A stretch of 64,000 nt of DNA from an uncultured Actinomycetes bacterium. GTDB lineage: Bacteria > Actinomycetota > Acidimicrobiia > IMCC26256 > JANYLB01. Every line of letters starts with the position of its first letter. Position 1 is the stretch's first letter. The stretch is from NCBI GenBank assembly GCA_963829475.1, contig CAWHIU010000003.1, positions 17,196-81,195 of the forward strand, written 5' to 3'. The position numbers and the translations under genes were made by a program. The notes under the pieces are model-generated. The model worked only from the letters and a program-made list of their open reading frames with translations. It searched no databases and was not told the origin of the DNA. Shown here piece by piece: positions 13,460 to 25,029 of this stretch.

Positions 13460-13930
13460 TCAACCGCGTACCGCTTCGCAGGCCGGAGCGTGCGCGAACT
13501 CGCGCTCGAGCACCCCTCCGGGGGTGAGGTTCCGGATGCCGTCGACGGACGCGCGCACCTGTTGGACGAGTGTCGGTGTGGGGAGCTGGTCGGCGCGGGT
13601 GCGGATGCTCTCGACGAGCCGTTCGACCTCACCCTGGGCCGCGTTGCCATCGTCGGTTTTCGGGGGCTGGAGCTCTTCGACCGCGTTCAGGAGTCGCCTC
13701 GACGCCTCGGCAACCGCCGTTCCACCGCTCGCACCGGCACCGACGGTGTCGAGCCAACGACCGAGATCGGTGCAGACCGCGTTGACCCACTGGGTGCCGG
13801 AATGCTCGACATCCGGTGACTCCTGGCCACCGGTGCAGCCTCCGATCGGAGCGATGGCCAGGAGTGCGGCGGCCGCGAGCACGGCCACGGCGCGGCCCGG
13901 GAGATCGGCGACCGTCAGAGCTCCCCGCAT
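13460..13930 (-). CDS. Hypothetical lipoprotein
   Basis: The ORF is an intact 156 aa. It has a signal peptide with a lipobox (AVLAAAALLAIAPIGGC). I recognise no family. Confidence 0.5.
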   Translation of the reverse strand: MRGALTVADLPGRAVAVLAAAALLAIAPIGGCTGGQESPDVEHSGTQWVNAVCTDLGRWLDTVGAGASGGTAVAEASRRLLNAVEELQPPKTDDGNAAQGEVERLVESIRTRADQLPTPTLVQQVRASVDGIRNLTPGGVLEREFAHAPACEAVRG

Positions 13931-13933
13931 GCC

Positions 13934-15496
13934 GTGAACGGTATCGGGACGCGAGCACGTGGGATGCTGATCCCGGTGGCACGCCGTCGACGTCGCGTTC
14001 GAGAAGCCGGATCAGTCGCGTCCGCGCCGGTTGCACCCACGCCTCCGGACTTGCGGACCGGGACTCCGGCCGGGCGTTGGGTCATCGCCGCCGCGGTCCT
14101 CGGCTCCGGCGTCGCGTTCCTCGACGGTTCGGTCGTCAACACCGCGTTGCCCGCGATCTCGGGCGACCTCGGCGCCGGTCTCTCCTCGCTGCAGTGGGTG
14201 TTGACGGCATACCTCCTGACCCTCGGATCGTTCCTCGTGCTCGGTGGTTCCCTCGGCGACCTCTTCGGTCGGCGGCGCGTGTTCCTCCTCGGCCTCGGAG
14301 GCTTTGCGGCCGCATCGGCAATCTGCGGCCTCGCGCCGTCGATCTCGTTCCTGATCGCGGCGCGGGCGCTCCAGGGCGTCGCGGCCGCGATGCTCGTTCC
14401 GGGGAGCCTCGCGATCATCTCGGCGTCGTTCCGCCCCGTTGACCGGGGCCGGGCGATCGGCGCGTGGTCGGGTCTCGCGGGCGTCTCCACCGCGCTCGGC
14501 CCGTTCCTCGGCGGCTGGCTCATCGACTCCGTCTCGTGGCGTTGGGTGTTCGGGATCAATGTCCCGCTCGTGGTGATCGCCGTCCTCATCACGGTTCGTC
14601 ACGTCCCCGAGACCTTCGATGCCGACGCGATCCGGCGCGTCGACTGGGCCGGCGCGCTGACGCTGGCGGTCGGGCTCGCGGGCCTCGTGTTCGCGCTGAT
14701 CGAGGGGCCGGCTCACGGGTGGACGACGCTCACGATCGGGGCCGCGGTCGTCGGGATGGTGACGCTCGGTGCGTTCGTGATCATCGAGCGGCGTTCGTCG
14801 CATCCGATGGTGCCCCTGTCGGTGTTCCGGTCCCGCCAGTTCTCCGGGGCCAACCTCGTGACGTTCACGGTCTACGCGGCGCTCGGTGCCGCGACGTTCC
14901 TCCTCGTGGTGCACCTGCAACAGGACCTCGGGTACTCCGCGCTCGAAGCCGGCGCATCGCTGCTGCCGATCACGGTGCTCATGGTCACCTTCTCTGCGCG
15001 CGCGGGCGCGCTCGCGCAACGGATCGGCCCGCGTGCACCGATGACGATCGGCCCCGTGGTCGTCGGGGCCGGACTGCTACTTCTCACCCGGGCCGAACCC
15101 GGTGTCACCTACGTGACGGGCGTGCTCCCCGGCGTCATCGTGCTGGGTGCAGGGCTCGCGATCACCGTGGCTCCGTTGACCGCGGCGGTGCTCGCGGCGA
15201 TCGACGATCATCACGCGGGCATCGGCTCGGCGATCAACAACTCGGTGGCGCGGGTCGCCCAACTGCTCGCGATCGCGGTGCTGCCGGCTGCGGCGGGGAT
15301 CGCGACGAGTGGTTCCGGTCTCGATCTGAGCAACGGTTTCCGGACCGCGATGGTCATCGCGGCGATTCTCTCCGGGCTCGGAGGAGCGATCGCGTACGCG
15401 ACGATCCGCCATGCCGCGACCGTCGCGCCCGTGACCAGGGGCGAGATCTTCACCGCGTGCCAGGACCCGTGCGTCGAGGTGGAGCAGGCTTCGTGA
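13934..15496 (+). CDS. MFS transporter, DHA2 (EmrB/QacA-like, 14-TM) family
   Basis: The ORF is an intact 520 aa. Motifs present are LDGSVVNTALPAI, GGSLGDLFGRRRVFL, ARALQGVAAAML and SWRWVFGINVP. The true start is probably downstream of 13934. Confidence 0.85.
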   Translation: MNGIGTRARGMLIPVARRRRRVREAGSVASAPVAPTPPDLRTGTPAGRWVIAAAVLGSGVAFLDGSVVNTALPAISGDLGAGLSSLQWVLTAYLLTLGSFLVLGGSLGDLFGRRRVFLLGLGGFAAASAICGLAPSISFLIAARALQGVAAAMLVPGSLAIISASFRPVDRGRAIGAWSGLAGVSTALGPFLGGWLIDSVSWRWVFGINVPLVVIAVLITVRHVPETFDADAIRRVDWAGALTLAVGLAGLVFALIEGPAHGWTTLTIGAAVVGMVTLGAFVIIERRSSHPMVPLSVFRSRQFSGANLVTFTVYAALGAATFLLVVHLQQDLGYSALEAGASLLPITVLMVTFSARAGALAQRIGPRAPMTIGPVVVGAGLLLLTRAEPGVTYVTGVLPGVIVLGAGLAITVAPLTAAVLAAIDDHHAGIGSAINNSVARVAQLLAIAVLPAAAGIATSGSGLDLSNGFRTAMVIAAILSGLGGAIAYATIRHAATVAPVTRGEIFTACQDPCVEVEQAS

Positions 15497-15524
15497 CCAG
15501 GTCGCAGCCGACTCCGGCCTCTGG

Positions 15525-16586
15525 TTGACGGGACAGCTGCCGGCTGCCGACGGTACCCTTGGACCCCTTGTGACCAGTACGCCCACCTCTCGCGCGACGC
15601 CCGCTGAGCACGGCACGGACCGTCGGGCCGATCCGCCGGCGAAGCATCCGTCGCGATCGCGTCTGCTGTGGCTGAACCTCGCCATCCTCTTCATCTGGCA
15701 GGGGTCGATCCACGATCTCCTCCCGTACCCCGCGTTGCAGAACTGGTCGACCGTGTTCCTCGCCGTCGTCTTGCAGGCGCTCCCGTTCCTGGTGCTGGGC
15801 GTCGGCATCAGTGGCGCGATCGCCGCGTTCGTCCCGACGAGCTGGCTGGCGCGCGGACTCCCGCGTCACCCCGCACTCTCGGTCCCCGCGGCCGGTCTCT
15901 ACGGCGCGGTGCTTCCCGGGTGTGAGTGCAGCGCGGCACCGGTCGCGAGTCGCCTGGTCGAGCGCGGGGTCGCGCCCGCGGCCGCGCTCACCTTCCTGCT
16001 CGCCGCGCCGGCCATCAACCCGATCGTGATCGTCTCGACCGCGGTCGCATTCCCCGGCCATCCCGAGATGGTGGTGGCGCGCTTCGTCGCGTCCCTCCTC
16101 GCCGCTGTTGTCGTCGGATGGATCTGGGCCCGGTTCGCCGACCCGAAGTGGTTGCAGATCCGAATGCCGTCGCACCACCACGGCACCGGCATCGACGGGT
16201 TCGTCGCCACCGCGACGACCGACTTCGTCCAGGCCGGGGGCTACCTCGTGGTGGGTGCGGCGCTCGTCGCGACGCTGCAGACGTTGGTGCCCGGGAACGT
16301 CCTCGACACCCTCGGTGGTTCCGGCATCCCGGCCTCGCTCGTGATGGCCGGGCTCGCAGTGGTGCTGTCGATCTGCTCCGAAGCCGACGCCTTCGTCGCG
16401 GCCGGACTCACCCAGTTCTCGCTCACCGCGCGGCTGACGTTCCTCGTGGTCGGGCCGATGGTCGACATCAAGCTGGTCGCGTTGCAGGTCGGGGCATTCG
16501 GTCGCGACTTCGCCCGGCGGTTCGCGCCCCTCACCTTCGTGGTCGCGATCGTCGTCAGCCTCGTCGTCGGTCGGATCCTGCTGTGA
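15525..16586 (+). CDS. Permease of the ArsP/DUF318 type that normally pairs with TIGR03943/DUF1980 proteins
   Basis: The ORF is intact and polytopic. Motifs present are GAVLPGCECSAAPVA and SICSEADAFVAAG. Its stop overlaps the next gene as GTGA. The start codon is uncertain. Confidence 0.7.
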   Translation: MTGQLPAADGTLGPLVTSTPTSRATPAEHGTDRRADPPAKHPSRSRLLWLNLAILFIWQGSIHDLLPYPALQNWSTVFLAVVLQALPFLVLGVGISGAIAAFVPTSWLARGLPRHPALSVPAAGLYGAVLPGCECSAAPVASRLVERGVAPAAALTFLLAAPAINPIVIVSTAVAFPGHPEMVVARFVASLLAAVVVGWIWARFADPKWLQIRMPSHHHGTGIDGFVATATTDFVQAGGYLVVGAALVATLQTLVPGNVLDTLGGSGIPASLVMAGLAVVLSICSEADAFVAAGLTQFSLTARLTFLVVGPMVDIKLVALQVGAFGRDFARRFAPLTFVVAIVVSLVVGRILL

Positions 16587-17371
16587 GAGCGCGCGACGCC
16601 TCCTCGGCGACCGTGGCCGTCGGTCTCCTCACGCTGTGGATGGCGCTCACGAACGCGATGCTGAACTACCTGAAGCCCTCGATGCGACCGTGGCTCGTCC
16701 TCGCCGGCGCCGGGCTCGTTGCGATCGGCGCCTTCGGGCTCATCCGCGGCCGGATCCTCGAAACGCGCCTCGAAGCCCGGCTCGACGGTCGGCTCGAGCC
16801 GCCACCCGACGACCACCGGCACGACGGTGGGCACGCCCATCACCACTCTCGCGTCGGGTGGTTCCTCGTGCTCCCGATCGTCGTGGTGATCGCGGTCGGC
16901 ACCCAGTCACTCGGATCGTTCGCAGCCGGCCGTTCCGGGAGCCGGGCCTTGCCCGAGTTCAGCTTCGACATCGCGGGCTACGCCCACGACCAGGGCGAGT
17001 CGGTGCCGACGCTGCAGGTGCTCGACGTGTACCTCGGAGCGAAGCAGTCGGGGAACCGCCAATACCTGCTCGCTCACGACGTCCGTCTCCTGGGATTCGT
17101 CACCCGGAACACGGCGATGGCGAACGGCGACTTCGTGCTCAACCGGTTCCTCATCAGCTGCTGTGCCGCGGACGCCACCCGGCTCTCGGTGGCGATGACC
17201 GGCGCTGCGAAGGTCCCGCGTGACAACCAATGGATCGAGGTGCGCGCCCGGCTCCTGCCGCAGCCCCCACCCTCGTCGGCGACCGACTCCGACGGACCGA
17301 AGGCGCTCTTTCGGGTGCGTGACATCCGCCGCGTCTCCGCGCCCTCGAACCCGTACGAGGGACTCCGCTAG
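16583..17371 (+). CDS. TIGR03943/DUF1980 family membrane protein with a His-rich loop
   Basis: The GTG at 16583 overlaps the permease stop. There are two N-terminal TM helices and a DDHRHDGGHAHHHS loop. The C-terminal domain carries the FLISCCAADA motif typical of this family. Confidence 0.7.
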   Translation: MRARDASSATVAVGLLTLWMALTNAMLNYLKPSMRPWLVLAGAGLVAIGAFGLIRGRILETRLEARLDGRLEPPPDDHRHDGGHAHHHSRVGWFLVLPIVVVIAVGTQSLGSFAAGRSGSRALPEFSFDIAGYAHDQGESVPTLQVLDVYLGAKQSGNRQYLLAHDVRLLGFVTRNTAMANGDFVLNRFLISCCAADATRLSVAMTGAAKVPRDNQWIEVRARLLPQPPPSSATDSDGPKALFRVRDIRRVSAPSNPYEGLR

Positions 17372-17393
17372 TAGCTGGCCGCGCGCTCGCGCA

Positions 17394-18218
17394 CTACGCC
17401 GGAAGCAGGTAGTCCTCGAGCCGGGCGACGGTGAAGCCCTGCTGCTTGCACATCGCGGCGAGCAGCTGCAGGTTCTTGACGAGATCGGTGCGGAAGTGGA
17501 ACAAGATGATGTCGCCTGACTCCATCTTCCCGGCTTGCCAGTCGATGCGTCCGTCGTTCGCGGCCGCGGTCCAGTCCACGACGTAGCGGAAGCCGCACGA
17601 CGCGGCGATCGACTGCGTCGTCGAGTTGTGGGCACCGTACGGTGCACGGAAGAGCAGCGGTCGACGACCGAACAGGCCCTCGAGCTCGCCGATCGGGCCG
17701 CAGATCTCGCTCTGCTGACCACTTGCGCCCAACTTCGTCAGGTTCGGATGCTTGATCGTGTGTGCCTCGACGAGACCGCCGAGATCGACCAGCTGCTGGA
17801 AGTAGGCCTGCCCTTGGCGCGCGTAGTCGCGCACGAGGAACATCGTCACCGGGATCTTCATCCGCCGCACCGTGTCGATCACCGCGGGGTCCCGTACCAA
17901 GCCGTCGTCGATCGTGACGAAGACGACACGATCGGCTGTCGGGATTCGGCTGACCAGTGGCGCGCCCGTGGAACTGGTCGGGAGTGTGACCGGCCCGGGT
18001 ACGGGCGCCGGCGGGAGCGCGAGCGGATCAGTGGTGGTCGTGGTCGTCGTGACCTTCGCCGAGGTGGCCTGATCCGGCCGGGAGCCGCGCGAGTTGTCGA
18101 CGCCGGCGGACGCGCCGGCGTCGGAGCCCCCTCCGCCGTCGAGCGCCATCGCGGTGGCGATGATGGCCACGTTGACGGCGAGCGCCAGCGCGATCGCGAT
18201 CCATCCTCTTCGGGTCAT
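17394..18218 (-). CDS. Polysaccharide deacetylase (NodB homology domain), secreted or membrane-anchored
   Basis: The ORF is an intact 274 aa. It has an N-terminal TM segment, a Thr-rich linker, and the motifs VFVTIDDG, EAHTIKHPNL and LFRAPYG. Confidence 0.8.
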   Translation of the reverse strand: MTRRGWIAIALALAVNVAIIATAMALDGGGGSDAGASAGVDNSRGSRPDQATSAKVTTTTTTTDPLALPPAPVPGPVTLPTSSTGAPLVSRIPTADRVVFVTIDDGLVRDPAVIDTVRRMKIPVTMFLVRDYARQGQAYFQQLVDLGGLVEAHTIKHPNLTKLGASGQQSEICGPIGELEGLFGRRPLLFRAPYGAHNSTTQSIAASCGFRYVVDWTAAANDGRIDWQAGKMESGDIILFHFRTDLVKNLQLLAAMCKQQGFTVARLEDYLLPA

Positions 18219-18372
18219 GGAAAGAAGAAGTCTAGGGAGCGTCGCGCTCGACGCGGACTACCCCGGTGGGTGACCTGACGGCGGCTCGAGCAGCCCCCTA
18301 CGATTCTGCACGCCCGGTGTAGCAAGTCGTGCACAAGGAGCGGGCCGGATCCACAACCGGGGGGTTGGGCAC

Positions 18373-19683
18373 ATGACCGTGACGACCGACGAGCCGTCCT
18401 TCGCCGAGCCGGCGAACGTCCGCCGGGAGGGACCCGTGAGCGGGCCGTACATCCGGTGGACGCTCGCGCTGCTCTCGTTCGGGGCTGCCGCGTTGCACTT
18501 CGCGTACGCGCCCACCCACTTCGACGAGTACTGGCTCTACGGGGCGTTCTTCGTGACGCTCGCGTGGGCCCAGCTCGCGTGGGGTCTCGCGGTGCTCCTC
18601 AAGCCGTCACGCCTGCTGCTCTTCATCGGTCTCCTGAACGGGCTCGTCGTCGCGCTGTACTTCCTCTCGCGAACCGTCGGCGTCGGTGTGGGACCCATGG
18701 CGAGCACGACCGAGGCGTACGGATTCCCCGACGTCTGGTGCACAGCGCTCGAAGCCCTGATCGTCGTCGGGTGCGCCGCGTTGCTCGCCAAGCCGGAGCT
18801 CGCGCGGCGTCGGCTCTCGATGGGGTCGTTCTGGCCCGGCTTCGCGGTGGCCACCGCGATCGCGATCGTCGTTGCGTCGAGCGCGTCGCTCAGCCCGTCG
18901 GCGGGCGGCGGGCATTCGCACGACGGTGGTTCCGCGCACGCGGCGAACGACACCACTGCAGCCGGTGGGCACGACCACAGCGCGACCGCGACCGAGGTCA
19001 CCGCGGTTGGAGCGACGGGTTCGGCGAGCTCCGGGCAACACGCGGCCACGGCCGCGACAACCGGAGATTCTCCGTGCGAGAGGTCGGGCCCGTCGTCCTC
19101 CGAAGGTCAGAGCCAGGGCGAGGGCCACAACCACCGCGGTCCTTCGGTTCAGAAGCCGCTGACCCGCGAGGAGCGGGTCACGCTCGAGCAGCAGCAGGAC
19201 ATCGCCCGGACCGTCGCAGTCCGCTATCCGACGCTCGCCGACGCCCAGAAGGGCGGCTACCGCCAGAGCACCACGTACATCCCGTGCATCGGGACGCACG
19301 TCACCAACGTCCGGTACGCGATGAAGTTCGATCCCGCGAACCCGTCGGAGCTGCTGTACGACGGCACCGCACCCGACTCGAAGATCGTCGGCCTGAGCTA
19401 TCTCGTGTTCAGCCCGAGCGGACCGCCGGCGGGGTTCGCGGGTGACAACGACTTCTGGCACACGCACTCGAGCAACGGCGGGTTGTGCCTCAAGGGGATC
19501 GTCATCGGCCCGGAGTCGATGAGCACGGCGGAGTGCGAGCGCCTGGGGGGAAGGAAGGCCGGGCTCACGGGCGTCTACATGGTGCACGACTGGATCGTCC
19601 CCGGCTGGGAGTGCACCTGGGGCGTGTTCGCCGGTGAGTGCCCCGAGCTCGGCGGCACCGCCGGGAAGGACGCCTGGAGCTAG
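18373..19683 (+). CDS. Hypothetical membrane protein with His-rich linker and Cys/His-containing C-terminal domain
   Basis: The ORF is an intact 436 aa. It has 4-5 N-terminal TM helices, a GGGHSHDGGSAHA...GGHDHS stretch, and a C-terminal domain with FWHTHSS and MVHDWIVPGWEC. I recognise no family. Confidence 0.5.
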   Translation: MTVTTDEPSFAEPANVRREGPVSGPYIRWTLALLSFGAAALHFAYAPTHFDEYWLYGAFFVTLAWAQLAWGLAVLLKPSRLLLFIGLLNGLVVALYFLSRTVGVGVGPMASTTEAYGFPDVWCTALEALIVVGCAALLAKPELARRRLSMGSFWPGFAVATAIAIVVASSASLSPSAGGGHSHDGGSAHAANDTTAAGGHDHSATATEVTAVGATGSASSGQHAATAATTGDSPCERSGPSSSEGQSQGEGHNHRGPSVQKPLTREERVTLEQQQDIARTVAVRYPTLADAQKGGYRQSTTYIPCIGTHVTNVRYAMKFDPANPSELLYDGTAPDSKIVGLSYLVFSPSGPPAGFAGDNDFWHTHSSNGGLCLKGIVIGPESMSTAECERLGGRKAGLTGVYMVHDWIVPGWECTWGVFAGECPELGGTAGKDAWS

Positions 19684-19800
19684 ATAGAGGTGTGCCGCGC
19701 GACACGGTCCACCCTGCTGCGGCGATTCAGCAGGGTGGACCGGTCGATCCCGCGGTCCGGCCGACGCGGAGTCGGCGGATCGGCGTCGATCAGGGTGCGC

Positions 19801-20303
19801 TCACACCGTGAGCTCTTCACCGCCGAGCTCTTCGCGTCGGCCGGAGCTGGTGAGTGCGTCGCGGGTGTGATCGCTGACGATCCAGCCGATGGCCCCGGCC
19901 ACGATCGCGAGGTTGGCGACGGTGCACACCGCCCACGGTGCGCCGAGATCGGAGAGCGGCGCCACCGGCGAAGCGATCGAGGAGCGTCGACGCCGCGCCA
20001 CCGATGAGGAAGCCGGGCACCCAGGCCGGGAGCAGGCCGGCCTGGGCCCGGCGCAACCCGACGAAACCGACGGCGACGATCCCGATGGTCGCGAGCAGGG
20101 CGACCATCGGAAGCGACCCCTCGGTGACGCCGAGATCCAAGCGCGTGGTGGGCGAGCGCGACCGCGTGGGCTCGTCCGATCCCGGTGAGGCCGACGGCGA
20201 GGGATCGTGCGAGCTGGTCGGCCGTCGTCACGATCAGGGTCACGATCGCGATCCGTCGCGCCACGTCGGGTCGGGTGATCGGGGAGCGGGTCGCTGCGTC
20301 CAT
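19801..20303 (-). pseudogene. Signal peptidase II (LspA)-like small membrane protein, with two frame breaks and apparently degenerate catalytic motifs
   Basis: The reconstruction is MDAATRS..IAIVTLIVTTADQLARSLAV / LPMVALLATIGIVAVGFVGLRR...FLIGGAASTLLDRF / ..LGAPWAVCTVANLAIVAGAIGWIV. It parallels the LspA layout (GN.VDRF ... FNVAD). However, it has CTVAN in place of FNVAD and lacks the N.GAAF motif. Confidence 0.35.
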
Positions 20304-20382
20304 GGGAACAGTCTTTCGACCCGCCACGTCGCTGTCCGTTGCCCGGCGGACACTCGTTGTGTGCGCGTGGCGACACTCGCAG

Positions 20383-21039
20383 CTACCGGGAACGTCGCTC
20401 CAGCGCGGGTGCGTCGAGCACCGTGATGCGGCCGCGCCGCACACTCACGACCCCGTCGTCCTCGGCCGCCTTGAGCACCCGATTCGCCGTGGGTCGTGAG
20501 GTCCCGGCGAGGGACGCGATGTCGTCCTGGGTGAGCGGGATGACGACGGTGCCGTCGCCGGACCGGTACGAGGCGCCCAGCTCGACGAGGCGACGGAGGA
20601 CCCGGGTCTCGGCCGGCACGAAGAGTGCTTCCTGCAATCGGGACGAGAGCCGACGCACCTGGGCCGCGAGCACCTCGACGAGGAAGCGGTCGACTTCGGG
20701 ATGTTCCCTTCGGAGCGTCCCGAACTGGTCGCCGCTGAGGGTCTGGGTCTCGACGGGTTCGAGCGCGACGACCGTTCCCGTGCGGCGGGAGTCGGCGGCG
20801 AGCAACGCGCCCTCGCCGAAGACCTCGCCCGGCCCGAGGACGGTGAACGTCGAGACGTCGCCGAGCGGGGTGGTCGCCCGCACCGCGACGTGGCCCTTGG
20901 CGATCAGGTGCAGCGCGTCGCCGAGGTCGCCCTCGTGGAACACGACCTCGCCGCGGGCGTACTTGCGTCGTCGGGTGCTGCTGAGAACCTGACGACGGTC
21001 GTCATCCGTGAGTCGACTGAGAAGTCCGTCTTCGCCCAT
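20383..21039 (-). CDS. Crp/Fnr family transcriptional regulator
   Basis: The ORF is an intact 218 aa. It has a cNMP-binding domain (GEVVFHEGDLGDALHLIAKG...GEVFGEGALL) and a C-terminal HTH (LTQDDIASLAGTSRPTANRVL). Confidence 0.85.
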   Translation of the reverse strand: MGEDGLLSRLTDDDRRQVLSSTRRRKYARGEVVFHEGDLGDALHLIAKGHVAVRATTPLGDVSTFTVLGPGEVFGEGALLAADSRRTGTVVALEPVETQTLSGDQFGTLRREHPEVDRFLVEVLAAQVRRLSSRLQEALFVPAETRVLRRLVELGASYRSGDGTVVIPLTQDDIASLAGTSRPTANRVLKAAEDDGVVSVRRGRITVLDAPALERRSR

Positions 21040-21084
21040 GTGCCCGCGAACGTACCTGGTGTCGGGATCCCGGGGCTCACCCGC

Positions 21085-21564
21085 TCAGGCGTCGACCTCG
21101 ACGGAGTCGCTGGAGTCGGCCGAGTAGGAGCGCACGCGCGTGCTCGCCGCTCGCAGCAGGGCGCGGCCGACTCGGGGAGCTCGATCGAGCAGCTTGGCGA
21201 ACTCCCGACGGCGGAACACGAGGAGGGTGGTGGGCGCGAAGGCGGTGACCGTCGCCCGACGGGGCGTCCTCGCGAGGGGCGCCATCTCACCGAACGCGTC
21301 GCCGGCGCCGAGCCGGGTCACGGAATCGTCGGCGGCCTGGACCACCACCGCGCCGTCGAGGATCACGAAGAGCTCGTCGCCGAAGTCGCCTGCCTCGCAG
21401 ATGACCTGACCACGATCGACGTGGAGATGGATCGCCAGCAACTTGAGCGCCCGCCGCTCGACCGCCGAGCACGAATGGAGCACGGCGAGTGCTCCCCGGT
21501 CGGGGTTCGTGTTCGTGGCCACGTCGTCTGCTCGCCCGCTCCTGCTCGCGGGGCTGATCACCAT
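21085..21564 (-). CDS. Stand-alone cyclic-nucleotide-binding domain protein
   Basis: The start is the internal ATG at 21564 (MVISPASRSG). The CNB fold motifs are GQVICEAGDFGDELFVILDG...GAGDAFGEMAPL. There is no output domain. Confidence 0.7.
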   Translation of the reverse strand: MVISPASRSGRADDVATNTNPDRGALAVLHSCSAVERRALKLLAIHLHVDRGQVICEAGDFGDELFVILDGAVVVQAADDSVTRLGAGDAFGEMAPLARTPRRATVTAFAPTTLLVFRRREFAKLLDRAPRVGRALLRAASTRVRSYSADSSDSVEVDA

Positions 21565-21770
21565 CGTGTCCCTTCCTGGGGATCGATCGGTCTGTCCGTC
21601 CTGAGAGTGTCGACGGAAGCAGGTTCGGTGTCCGTGCGGAGCGAGACACACCGAGTGTGCGCGCGGGAACACTTCGGATCCCACGCGCCACGTGGATCAC
21701 TTCCCGGAGGAATCGACCATCAGATCGGGAGAAGGAGCGGAGCTGGCGGACACGCGTCGCGGAACTCTCA

Positions 21771-23629
<1,859 letters not shown>

Positions 23630-24386
23630 CCGTCGACGTCGTAGCCGAGGTCTTCCCAGTATCCGGGGTGTACCTGCTTCGTCAGCTTCGATCCCGTCGA
23701 GCCACTTGATCGACTTGTAGCCGTACATCGGCGCGACGTAGAGACGTACCGGCCCGCCGTGCGCGGAGGAGATGTCGTCACCCTCGAGTTGGTACGCCAC
23801 GATCACGTCGGATCGTCGGGCCTGCTCGAGCGTGAGGCTCTCGGTGTAGGTGCCGTCGAAGCTCGTGAACCGCAGCGCGGTTGCCCCGTCCTGCACCCCG
23901 GCGCGGTCGAGCAGGTCGGAGAGCAGGACGCCCTTCCACTCGACGTCGGTGACGCGCCACCCGGTGACGCACTGGAAGTCTTTGTCGAGATGCGTCGGCG
24001 GGAGCGCGATCAGCTCGTCGTAGGTCAGGCGGTACGGCGTGTCGACGAGGCCGTGCACGGTGAGCGTGTAGCGCGGCTTGCTACCGGCTCGGAAGGTCGC
24101 CGGTGACGGTGTAGATCCGGAACCGACCGATCGGGAGGAGCGCGGAGAGGCCGGTGCCGTCCTTCGAGATGAGCGGGCCGAGGGTACGTTCGAGGGCGTC
24201 TTGGACCTTGGCGCCGAACACGACACCGAGCGCGCCCACCCCGAGGAGTCCGAGGAACAGGCGACGCCCGACCGGGGTACCGCGGACCGGTTCCTCGCGC
24301 TCGGGAGGTCGGCCCTCGGGAGGTCGGCCCTGTGGAGGTCCGCCCTCGGGAGCTCCGTTCGTGACGACCTCGGCTGGTTCGTCCAT

Positions 24387-24991
24387 GTGTCAAGGGTACG
24401 GCGCAGGAGGGGTTCGGGATTGGCCGCCCTGCTCACGATCTCCGAAACCTCGTGGAGGCCCGGCTCAATGATCCCCGCCGCGCCGATGGCCCGGGTGGGA
24501 TCGACGGTTTCGATCGGGTTGCCGCTCGCGAGGGAATCCGCCACCGCGTGGATCGCCTCATGGCCGCGTTTCGACCCGATGACACCCCAGCTGCATTCTC
24601 GGCTCCCGCTGCGGGCGGTGATCCGCCAGGGTCGTCGGAAGAGGACGCGACAGGCGATCGCCACGATCGCGGCGATCGTGGCCCCGACGACGATCCCGAC
24701 GATGATCAGGGTGTCGAACCGGGGGGTCAGGACGGGCACCACCACGACGACACAGACGATCACCGCGACGGCCACGACACCGATGGTGACGAGCCAGACC
24801 GCCCACCCGTCTTCGGGGACGGCCACGTGGGCGAGACCGTCGAGCCACTCGATCTGCGAGTCCGCCGGATCGGTGCTCGCTCGGTGTCGTTGGAACACGG
24901 TCCACGGCCAACGCCGAGGGCGGTGCAGCCAGTGACGGCGGATCGTCCATTCCTGCCCGTCGGGCGCGGTGACGCGACGCTCGTCGGGCAT
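24387..24991 (-). CDS. Hypothetical membrane protein with an undefined 3' end
   Basis: The ATG at 24991 begins MPDERRVTAPDGQEWTIRRHW. Two TM helices follow (WAVWLVTIGVVAVAVIVCVVVVV and IIVGIVVGATIAAIVAIA). The frame has no stop until 23195 and runs into the next gene, so the real end is unknown. Confidence 0.35.
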
Positions 24992-25029
24992 GGCTCGAAG
25001 CTACGGCTTCGCGGACGACTGGGAGAGGC

